Origin: Deltaproteobacteria bacterium
GTDB lineage: Bacteria; Desulfobacterota; Desulfobaccia; Desulfobaccales; 0-14-0-80-60-11
Assembly (NCBI GenBank): GCA_026388765.1
Contig: JAPLJC010000198.1
Coordinates: forward strand, 1-63,175
Direction of reading: 5' to 3'
DNA: 63,175 nucleotides
Position 1 is the stretch's first letter. The number at the start of each line of letters is the position of its first letter. This document shows, one piece after another, positions 8,025 to 15,568 of this stretch. Made by a program: the position numbers and the translations under genes. The notes under the pieces were generated by a model. That model ran no database searches, was not told the DNA's origin, and saw nothing but the letters and a program-made list of their open reading frames with translations.

Positions 8025-10340
8025 TCACCCTGCAATCCCCGCGTCGAGCCCTTGGTCTTCTGATTCCAAAGGCAGGGTCACGGTGAATATGGTTCCGCCT
8101 CCCGGCGGCGAATACGCCTCGATGGAGCCGCCGTGCCGCTGGAGGACTCCGTAGACGATGGACAGACCCAGACCCGTGCCCTTACCCGGCGGCTTGGTGG
8201 TGAAAAAGGGCTCGAAGATCTTATCCCTGATCTCCGGAGGGATGCCGCAACCGGTGTCGGCGAACTGGAGGACCACACCGTTCCCGGACCAAGCCGGGCG
8301 GCTGGTGATAGTGATCACCCCGGAGTCGCTCATGGCGTCGGCGCCGTTTAAGAGCAGGTTGGTGAAGACCTGTTGGAGCTGCCCCGGATCCCCGATGATC
8401 TGCGGCACCCCTGGGTCCAGGTCCTGTTCTATCTTGATATTATGGAAAAAGACCTGATGACTGACCAGGTCCACGCAGGCGCGCAAGACTTCGTTGACGT
8501 CGAATAGCCGCTTCTGCCCCAGGGACTGGCGACTGAAATCCAACAGCCGGCTGACGATCTGCTGGCAGCGCATGGTCTGATTGATGATGATCTCGACGTT
8601 CTCCCGGATGGGAGCGTCCTGTTCCAACTCCCGGGCCAGCAGTTCCGCATAGATGAGGATACCAGCCAGGGGGTTGTTGATTTCATGGGCCACCCCAGCG
8701 GCCATCCGGCCCAGGGAAGCGATCTTTTCTGCCTGGACCAACTGGTGCTGGGTGGCTTCCAACTCTTGGTGCACCTTCAAGATCTCCCGCAAGTCGGAAA
8801 AGATACCGACGCTGCCGACCTCCTGGCCCCGCTCCCGGATGATGGTGGCGGAGAAGTTCACCGGCACCTCCTCGCCGTTCTTGTTGATGAAGGTAAGCCG
8901 GGTAGTATTCAGTTTGTCAGCCGGGCCGTATTCGTCGCCGCGCATGCGCTGCATCATCTCCGCGGCCAACTCGGGGGGATAAAAGCGGCGGAAGTTTTCG
9001 GGATTGCCGATGATCTCCTTAGCCTGATAGCCCAGGATGCGCTCCGCCCCTTCGTTGAAGATTATGGGCACCCCCTTGATATCTACTACCACGATGCCGT
9101 CCACGGAGCTTTTGATGATGTTGTGGAGAAAGGCGTTGGTCTTCTGAAGCTCCCGTTCGATCCGGACCCGCTCGGTGAGGTCCCGTAGATAGAGGCAGGT
9201 GAGGACCTTGGTTCCCAACCGGGACACGGCCATGCAGGTTTCAAAAACCCGGGGTTTATCGCCCTTATGCGGCAGATCCAGGAGGCTGCAAAAGCGGGTC
9301 TCCCGCTCCTGGCCCTGTTCCACCCGGTTGGATAACTCCTGGGCCATATGCAGGTGTTGGGAGGTGAGAATCTCGCCCAGGTGTCTGCCCAGCACCTGTT
9401 TCTTGGACTGCCGGAGAATTTCCGCCATGGGAGTGTTAAGGTACACCACCCTCTGGTTCTCATCCGCCATCAGCAGGCCCTCACGGGTGTGCTCGGTCAG
9501 GAGGTCGATCTTCTGTTCGGCTTCAATGATGGGGGTGATGTCCCGGAAGGCCTCGAAGCCGCCGATGACCCGGCCCGACGGGTCGGTGATGATGGAGGCC
9601 GAGACCGTCACCGGAATCTCGCGGCCAACCCGGTCCCGCACCACCCGGCGCAACCCGGAAATGGGCTTCCTGGTTTCCATGACCTGCTTGAGGACGCAAT
9701 CGCAGGTGCCGCATTGTGGGCTGTCCAGCACCTGGCCGCAGGTCATCCGGCCCACCGCTTCCTTGCTGGAGTAGCCGGTGAGCCTTTCCAAGCGCTCATT
9801 CATATGGGTCACCACCAGGTCCGGGTCCACCATGAAGAAGGGGATGGGGAAATTTTCCAGGATGCTGGATAGGGTGGCCATTTGCAGTTGCACCACCGGA
9901 TGGCCCAGCAGTTCCGCATGCTCCCGGAGGACCACCAGGCAGCCGGACGGCTCCTCTCCCTGACCCCTGATGGGGGTGGCGGTCACCGTGAGTGGCGCCC
10001 GGCTGGCCCAGCCCGCCTTGGGCAGGATGGGGGCGCGATTTAGGTTCTCGCCATGCTCCAGGCAGCGCGCCCGGCGCACCGTGCCATCCGCGCTCAAGGG
10101 CAGACCGGTGAGCTGTGTACAGATGGGGCAAGGGTCCCCCAGTCGCAGGGAGGCGCCGAAGATCTTTTCCGCGGCCCGGTTTAAAAAGACCACCTTTTGG
10201 TGGCCGTCGGCGATTAACACCGGATCGGGAAAATCCTCCAACAGCGGGGTGCAGAACTCACCGAGCGTCGAGGCGCCGCCGGCGGCCTCGGGCAGGTCCT
10301 TCGGCGCCACTTTGGGGGCGTTATCTGGCTCTGGACTCAT
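8025..10340 (-). CDS. multi-PAS sensor histidine kinase with Cys-rich PAS domains
   Basis: 771 aa, no obvious TM segment and several PAS repeats. Cys motifs [10 protein letters not shown]...RARCLEH and [22 protein letters not shown]-box [13 protein letters not shown]; HATPase [16 protein letters not shown]. Confidence 0.88.
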   Translation of the reverse strand: MSPEPDNAPKVAPKDLPEAAGGASTLGEFCTPLLEDFPDPVLIADGHQKVVFLNRAAEKIFGASLRLGDPCPICTQLTGLPLSADGTVRRARCLEHGENLNRAPILPKAGWASRAPLTVTATPIRGQGEEPSGCLVVLREHAELLGHPVVQLQMATLSSILENFPIPFFMVDPDLVVTHMNERLERLTGYSSKEAVGRMTCGQVLDSPQCGTCDCVLKQVMETRKPISGLRRVVRDRVGREIPVTVSASIITDPSGRVIGGFEAFRDITPIIEAEQKIDLLTEHTREGLLMADENQRVVYLNTPMAEILRQSKKQVLGRHLGEILTSQHLHMAQELSNRVEQGQERETRFCSLLDLPHKGDKPRVFETCMAVSRLGTKVLTCLYLRDLTERVRIERELQKTNAFLHNIIKSSVDGIVVVDIKGVPIIFNEGAERILGYQAKEIIGNPENFRRFYPPELAAEMMQRMRGDEYGPADKLNTTRLTFINKNGEEVPVNFSATIIRERGQEVGSVGIFSDLREILKVHQELEATQHQLVQAEKIASLGRMAAGVAHEINNPLAGILIYAELLARELEQDAPIRENVEIIINQTMRCQQIVSRLLDFSRQSLGQKRLFDVNEVLRACVDLVSHQVFFHNIKIEQDLDPGVPQIIGDPGQLQQVFTNLLLNGADAMSDSGVITITSRPAWSGNGVVLQFADTGCGIPPEIRDKIFEPFFTTKPPGKGTGLGLSIVYGVLQRHGGSIEAYSPPGGGTIFTVTLPLESEDQGLDAGIAG

Positions 10341-11389
10341 GTGCGACTTCCTACCACCGGGGCCGCCACCGGGGCCGCAAAGGTGTTGGTCAGGACCAGT
10401 TGCGCCGCGGCCAGTTCGTGCTGCCGAATAATGAGGGAGATGGACGAGATGGTGCAGCTCAGAGCCAGCAAGGACACATGGGCCCTCTCCAGGGCCTCCA
10501 TCAGGGTCTGGGCGATGCCGTAGCGGTCCCCGAAGTGGGGCCCGTGCAGAAAGATCCCCGCCACCGGGGTGAGGCGCATGGGCCGAAGGTCAGGCAGGTA
10601 CTTCTTCAAAATCCGTCGTATCTCCGAGCCGCGCTCCTCCCGAGGCCCGGCGGCGGTGCTGAAAGACAGGAGAAACTCCCGGTTCCCCAGTCCGGGAATG
10701 GCTACCAGAAAGGGAATTTGCCAACCCAGGTCCCCCAATTCCTGGAGGGCGTCGGCAAAACCGGCCAGGATGTCGGTCGAGGAAACGTTCATGCCCCAGA
10801 GGTCCAGGTCCGGCTGGGGCACGATCCAATAAACCTTGATGACTTTTTCCTGATAAGTGGCCACCACCTTGCGCACCAGTTCCTCCGGCGGGCTCTGGGC
10901 CGCCATGAAATCCTCGGGGGAGGCGAAGGCCGGGAACTGAAATTTTTCGAACAGCCGGCGCACCGCGGTCTTGGCTCGTTTGGATGACAACACGGCCGAG
11001 ATGGCGGATGGGGAACTGGCCAAGCCGTGGATGATGACCCGGGCCTGGGCCAGGCTGCGGATGAAATTGCCAATGATTTCCGGGCGCTTGTCGTGGGGAT
11101 AGATGGAGAGAATGTCGGTGCCGGGCTGCAGATGCACCGCCGCCTCCACCTCGGCCCGGGTCCTTAACAGGGTGAAGGCTGCTTCCCCGGATGGCCGCGC
11201 CATACACAGGACTTCACGATCTCCGGCCACATGGGCCAAGAAGCTGAGGTTGATGCGGTTGAGGGCCAATGGGGCGCAGACCCGCTCGGCCAGGCGACTC
11301 TCATCCTGGGGGAAGGAGGCCACCACGCAGGCGCCTCCTTCCAGGATCTTAAGGCCCCCAACTCTGATTCTTTCTATTTCCCGCTCCAA
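10337..11389 (-). CDS. stand-alone ACT-repeat (aspartokinase-type regulatory domain) protein, function unknown
   Basis: 350-aa ORF whose stop overlaps the kinase start (ATGA, 10337-10340). The C-terminal segment VAGIFLHGPHFGDRYGIAQTLMEALERAHVSLLALSCTISSISLII resembles ACT domains. Start uncertain: TTG 11389 has no SD, while GTG 11326 has GGAAGGAGG 7 nt upstream. Confidence 0.6.
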   Translation of the reverse strand: MEREIERIRVGGLKILEGGACVVASFPQDESRLAERVCAPLALNRINLSFLAHVAGDREVLCMARPSGEAAFTLLRTRAEVEAAVHLQPGTDILSIYPHDKRPEIIGNFIRSLAQARVIIHGLASSPSAISAVLSSKRAKTAVRRLFEKFQFPAFASPEDFMAAQSPPEELVRKVVATYQEKVIKVYWIVPQPDLDLWGMNVSSTDILAGFADALQELGDLGWQIPFLVAIPGLGNREFLLSFSTAAGPREERGSEIRRILKKYLPDLRPMRLTPVAGIFLHGPHFGDRYGIAQTLMEALERAHVSLLALSCTISSISLIIRQHELAAAQLVLTNTFAAPVAAPVVGSRT

Positions 11390-11420
11390 TGTTGGTCAGG
11401 CGCATATCGTCAAGAAACCG

Positions 11421-11801
11421 TCAGATCAATCTCTGCACCGCTTCCACCAGGGTCGCCGCATCCACCGGCTTGGGGATGAAATCCTCAGCTTCCGTGGCCA
11501 TGCCTTCGGCATGGCTGTAACTGGTCGTGGGCACCGCTTCGCCCACGGCGGTGAGCAAGATGATGGGGATATCCGAGGTCCATTTATTCGACTTCAATTC
11601 CTTGCAAAGCTGGTAGCCGTTTTTACGCGGCATCATCACATCCAGAACCAACACGTCCGGACGCCGTTTCTTGATGGCTTCCTCGCCTTCAATCCCGTCG
11701 TAGGCCTTCCCCACCTCAAAGCCCTTGCTTTCCAGCATCATCGCTACGGTTTCTACCAGATCAGGATCGTCGTCAACGATCAGCACGTACTTTCCAGACA
11801 T
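11421..11801 (-). CDS. single-domain CheY-like response regulator
   Basis: 126 aa. LIVDDDPD, VLVLDVMMPRKNG, ILLTA and IPKP: all canonical receiver residues are present. Confidence 0.9.
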   Translation of the reverse strand: MSGKYVLIVDDDPDLVETVAMMLESKGFEVGKAYDGIEGEEAIKKRRPDVLVLDVMMPRKNGYQLCKELKSNKWTSDIPIILLTAVGEAVPTTSYSHAEGMATEAEDFIPKPVDAATLVEAVQRLI

Positions 11802-11874
11802 GAGGCCTCCCCTTTCAAGATGATCGTAACCCTCATTATGGACTTAAAGTTGATAAATTACAAGGCACATCAGG

Positions 11875-11893
11875 CCGGGTAATTTTTACCCGG
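11875..11893 (-). terminator. hairpin downstream of metF (weak terminator or processing site)
   Basis: CCGGGUAA-AAA-UUACCCGG, an 8-bp stem with no clean U tract after it. Confidence 0.3.
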
Positions 11894-11916
11894 GAAAGTT
11901 GTCCCATCGGGGGCCA

Positions 11917-12858
11917 TCAAGCGCCGTCCATTTGGGGCCGGGGATAGAGACCGGCCCGCTCCACGATTTGCGGGACCTTCTCCTCCCATTCGATGGCCAT
12001 AATATGGAAGCCCCGAATGCCTGGAACAGTCTTCAGTTCCTCGATTTGCTCGATGGCCAGGTTGATGCCTTCTTCCGCCTGCTTTTCCTTGGGGACCCCG
12101 CCCATGCGTTTGATGATTTCATCGGGAACGTCCATGCCCGGCACCCTTTTCTGCATGTACTTGGCCATGCCGACGTTCTTCATGGGGGTGATGCCAGCCA
12201 GGACGGCCACTTTTTCAGTCAGGCCCCGGTCCACCGCGATCTTCATGAACTCTTTCATCTTGTCCATATTGTAGATGCACTGGGTCTGGACGAACTGGAC
12301 CCCCGCCGCCGCCTTCTTGCCCATGCGGATCGCCCGCATGAAGACATTGGGACCGGCAAAGGGATTGACCGCGGCGCCGATGAACATCTCGGGCCGCACC
12401 TGAAATTCGAAGCCCCCCAAGAGCTTGCCTTCGTCCCGCATCATCTTCACCGCCATGGCCAGCTGGGTGGAGTCCAGGTCGAAGACGTTGGCGCAGCTGG
12501 AATGGTCGCCGAAGTGCTGGTGGTCGCCGGTGAGGCAGAGCATGTTGTTGATCCCGAAGGAGGCGGCCCCCAGGATGTCGCTCTGCAGGGCGATGCGGTT
12601 CCGGTCCCGGGTCACCATCTGCAGGATAGGCTCCAGGCCCATGAGCTTGATGCGGATGCAGCAGGCCAGAGAACACATGCGGACCACCGAGGTCTGGTTG
12701 TCGGTGACGTTGATGGCGTCCACATAGTCTTTGATCAGTTTGGCCTTATGGTCGATCACCGCGCCGTCGGCGCTGCGCGGCGGTCCCACTTCGGAGGTGA
12801 CGGCGAGTTGGCCGGAGGCGATGATCTTCTGGAGTTTGCTGGGAGTAGTGGCGCTCAT
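11917..12858 (-). CDS. metF: methylenetetrahydrofolate reductase (acetogen/Wood-Ljungdahl type MetF)
   Basis: 313 aa: LAVTSEVGPPRSADG, VNVTDNQTSVVRM, QMVTRDRNRIALQSDILGA, LCLTGDHQHFGDH. ATGA overlap with metV. Confidence 0.9.
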   Translation of the reverse strand: MSATTPSKLQKIIASGQLAVTSEVGPPRSADGAVIDHKAKLIKDYVDAINVTDNQTSVVRMCSLACCIRIKLMGLEPILQMVTRDRNRIALQSDILGAASFGINNMLCLTGDHQHFGDHSSCANVFDLDSTQLAMAVKMMRDEGKLLGGFEFQVRPEMFIGAAVNPFAGPNVFMRAIRMGKKAAAGVQFVQTQCIYNMDKMKEFMKIAVDRGLTEKVAVLAGITPMKNVGMAKYMQKRVPGMDVPDEIIKRMGGVPKEKQAEEGINLAIEQIEELKTVPGIRGFHIMAIEWEEKVPQIVERAGLYPRPQMDGA

Positions 12859-13523
12859 ATGCGTAAGTCCTCTCTGACGATTTTACGAGGTCCGCCATCC
12901 CGGGAGGTAGACCAGTCCTTGGGTTCCACGGGTCTTTCAAACCGGTCCAGTTGTCCGAGGGTCTTGAGGCGCTCGTAAATCAGCTCCCAGGCGCAGGGGA
13001 TATCCGGGTTGATCTCACACTTGCCCTTGTCCGAGCCGCCGCAGGGGCCATTGAGCATGCGCTTGGAGCAGCGGGCGATGGGGCAGATGCCGCCGGTCTC
13101 GGCCAGGATGCAGCGGCCGCAGGCCTGGCAGCGCTCGGAATACAGGCCCCTCTCCTCGTTCACCCCCATGAAGCAGGTATCCACTCCGGGGAAGACGATC
13201 TTATGGTTGTACATCTCCGCCAGGTACTGGGCCCCGACCCCGCAGGCCAGGGAGACCGCGGCGTCGTAGCCGTCCATGCGGTCGCTGAGCTGCGCCAGGT
13301 ACTCCTTTTCGCACTGCCGGGTGAGGCTGGCCTCATCCACCTGGACCTGCTTGCCCGCCTGGGTGAAGTAAAGCCGCAGGGCCGCGGCCAGAATCTTCAC
13401 TTCCTTCAGGCCGCCGGCTTCGCAGACGGTGACGCAGCCGTCGCAGCCGGCGATAAGCAGCTTGTTGAAATCCTTGACGTTGTCGATGATTTCTTCTAAC
13501 GGTTTTGGTTTTGCCTTGATCAT
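12855..13523 (-). CDS. metV: methylene-THF reductase C-terminal-domain protein (MetV-like)
   Basis: 222 aa with a Cys-rich C-terminal half: CQACGRCILAETGGICPIARCSKRMLNGPCGGSDKGKCEINPDIPCAWELIYERL. ATGA overlaps on both sides. Confidence 0.8.
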   Translation of the reverse strand: MIKAKPKPLEEIIDNVKDFNKLLIAGCDGCVTVCEAGGLKEVKILAAALRLYFTQAGKQVQVDEASLTRQCEKEYLAQLSDRMDGYDAAVSLACGVGAQYLAEMYNHKIVFPGVDTCFMGVNEERGLYSERCQACGRCILAETGGICPIARCSKRMLNGPCGGSDKGKCEINPDIPCAWELIYERLKTLGQLDRFERPVEPKDWSTSRDGGPRKIVREDLRI

Positions 13524-13981
13524 GCGGTTACCTCCCCGGCGGCCCCGGTGGCCTTGGCCTTTGCCGCCGCACCTCGAACGGGGCTCGGGCCCAGTTCCAA
13601 GATTTTATTGGTCATCTCTTTGATTATTTCGGCAAACCTGCCCCCCATGCCGGAGGAAAGGTTGAACATCGCCACCCGCTCGCCGCCCAGGCCGACCTTA
13701 TCCAGGATCTCTTTGGCCCGCTTCACCCGGGTCTTGGCGTACAGGTTTCCCTTTTGGTAATGGCAATCGCCTTCCATACAGCCCACCACGATGACCCCGT
13801 CGGCCCCATATTCAAAGGCCTGCAGCAGGTGGATGATGTCCACCTTGCCGGTGCAGGGGACCTCGATGATCCGGACAGTGGGCGGGTATTGCAGTCGCAT
13901 CGAACCTGCCAGGTCCGCAGCGGAATACGCTCAGTAATGGCAACAGAAACCGACGATCTTCGGCTCAAACGGTTCCATCAT
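13520..13981 (-). CDS. mvhD: MvhD/FlpD-type [2Fe-2S] electron-transfer subunit with selenocysteine (TGA at 13931-13933)
   Basis: The frame of the 126-aa track ORF continues upstream through one TGA: MMEPFEPKIVGFCCHY-U-AYSAADLAGS-MRLQYPPTVRIIEVPCTGKV. AAAGGAG SD lies 5 nt before ATG 13981. 462 nt is 153 aa plus stop. Confidence 0.85.
13896..13922 (-). promoter_or_regulatory. candidate bacterial SECIS hairpin
   Basis: RNA CGCUGCGGACC-UGGCA-GGUUCGAUGCG forms 3 bp, a 2-nt mismatch and 6 bp. It starts 8 nt 3' of the UGA. Confidence 0.45.
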
Positions 13982-14008
13982 TCCGGCTCCTTTGGATTTG
14001 CGTCTCTT

Positions 14009-14036
14009 GTAGGGGCGGCTCGCGAGCCGCCCCTAC
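14009..14036. repeat. perfect 28-nt REP-like palindrome inside the operon
   Basis: GTAGGGGCGGCTCG|CGAGCCGCCCCTAC, between the hdrA-like stop (14055) and the mvhD start (13981). Confidence 0.8.
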
Positions 14037-14054
14037 CGGCTTTAAACTCAAAAC

Positions 14055-15566
14055 TTAAAACAGAGTTTTAATTTTGGCGCTTAACTGGTCATCCTCAAAG
14101 TGCGACACCTGGATCACCTTGGCGGGACACTCCGAGGCGCAAGTGCCGCAACCCTGGCACAGGGCCACGTTGATCTCCGAGACGTTCTCCTGGTTGATTT
14201 GGGGCACCCCGTAAGGGCAGGTGCGGACGCATACCAGGCAGGCGGCGCAGCGCTCCGGGTCCACGTGGGCGGTGACGCCGCTGATGGTCTGGTTGGTGTC
14301 CGCCAGGAAGGCCCCGGCCCGTGAGGCCGCCGCCTGGGCCTGGGCGATGGACTCGCTGATGAGCTTGGGACTGTGGGCCATGCCGCAGAGGAAGATGCCC
14401 TCGGAGGCGAAGTCCACCGGCCGCAGCTTGGCGTGGGCCTCGATGAAGAAGCCCGAGGCGTTGCGCGGCAGCTTCAGGAGCGAGGCCAGTTCCTCGGTGT
14501 CATTGGCCCAGGCCCCGGCGCTCAGGATGACCGCGTCCAGTGGCAGGGTTACGGGCCGTTCCAGGACGTGGTCGATAAAGGTGATGCTCAGCGCCCCGTT
14601 GTCGTTCATGACTTCGGGCAGCCGCTCCGGATCGAAGCGCGCGAAGAGCACCCCCTGATTACGGGCCTCCATGTAGTAGTCTTCCATCAAACCATAGGTC
14701 CGCATATCCCGGTAGAGGATGAGCACCTCCGTTTCCGGGTTGATTTTCTTCAACTGCAAGGCGTACTTCACCGCGCCCTGGCAGCAGATGCGGCTGCAGT
14801 TGGGGTTTTCTTCATTCCGGGAGCCGACGCATTGGATCATCGCCACCCGGCCCCATTGGGCCGCTTCCGCCGCCTGGTCATGGAGGAAATGGCCCAGTTC
14901 CAACTGGGTCATGATCCGGTGGTGTTGGCCGTAGAGGAACTCCTTGGGCTGGTATTCATGGGCTCCGGTGGCCACCACGGTGACGCCGTGGTCGATTTTG
15001 CGCTCATACATCCCGGGTCCCACCAGCACTTCCGTGGTGAAGTTGCCTTTGTAGCCTTGGTAGCCCACCACCAGGGCCCCGGTGAGCACCTGGATCTTGT
15101 CGTGAGACTTGACGCGCTCGATCAGGCCATCCAGATAGGCCGCCACTTCCAGGCCTTCAATGGTGTGGTGGATATTGCGGGCATTGCCGCCCAACTGGTC
15201 ATCCTTTTCCAGAACGATGGTCTCGAAACCCTGGTCCCCCAGGTTGAGGGCGGCGTTCAGCCCCGCCACCCCGCCGCCGATGACCACGGCCCGCTGGATA
15301 ACGGTCAGGGGCTTTTCCATCAGAGGCTTGAGCAGCGAGGCCCTGGCCACCGCCATGCGCACCAGGTCCTTGGCCTTTTCCGTGGCCTTTTCCGGCTCCT
15401 TCATATGCACCCAGGAATCCTGGTTGCGGATATTGGCCATTTCGAAGAGATATTTGTTTAAACCGGCGTCGATCATGGTCTCCCGGAACAAGGGCTCGTG
15501 GGTGATAGGCGTGCAAGCCGCCACCACCATCCGGTTGAGCTGGTGTTCTTTGATGACCTTGGTCAT
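14055..15566 (-). CDS. HdrA-like flavoprotein, second module (C-terminal 2x[4Fe-4S] ferredoxin domain)
   Basis: 503 aa: NRMVVAACTPITHEPLFRETMIDAGLNKYLFEMANIRNQDSWVHMKEPEKATEKAKDLVRMAV, VVIGGGVAGLNAAL, CVGSRNEENPNCSRICCQ, CAACLVCVRTCP, CQGCGTCASECP. It lacks the DKTFPTxDCxxC motif. Confidence 0.85.
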   Translation of the reverse strand: MTKVIKEHQLNRMVVAACTPITHEPLFRETMIDAGLNKYLFEMANIRNQDSWVHMKEPEKATEKAKDLVRMAVARASLLKPLMEKPLTVIQRAVVIGGGVAGLNAALNLGDQGFETIVLEKDDQLGGNARNIHHTIEGLEVAAYLDGLIERVKSHDKIQVLTGALVVGYQGYKGNFTTEVLVGPGMYERKIDHGVTVVATGAHEYQPKEFLYGQHHRIMTQLELGHFLHDQAAEAAQWGRVAMIQCVGSRNEENPNCSRICCQGAVKYALQLKKINPETEVLILYRDMRTYGLMEDYYMEARNQGVLFARFDPERLPEVMNDNGALSITFIDHVLERPVTLPLDAVILSAGAWANDTEELASLLKLPRNASGFFIEAHAKLRPVDFASEGIFLCGMAHSPKLISESIAQAQAAASRAGAFLADTNQTISGVTAHVDPERCAACLVCVRTCPYGVPQINQENVSEINVALCQGCGTCASECPAKVIQVSHFEDDQLSAKIKTLF

Positions 15567-15568
15567 GT

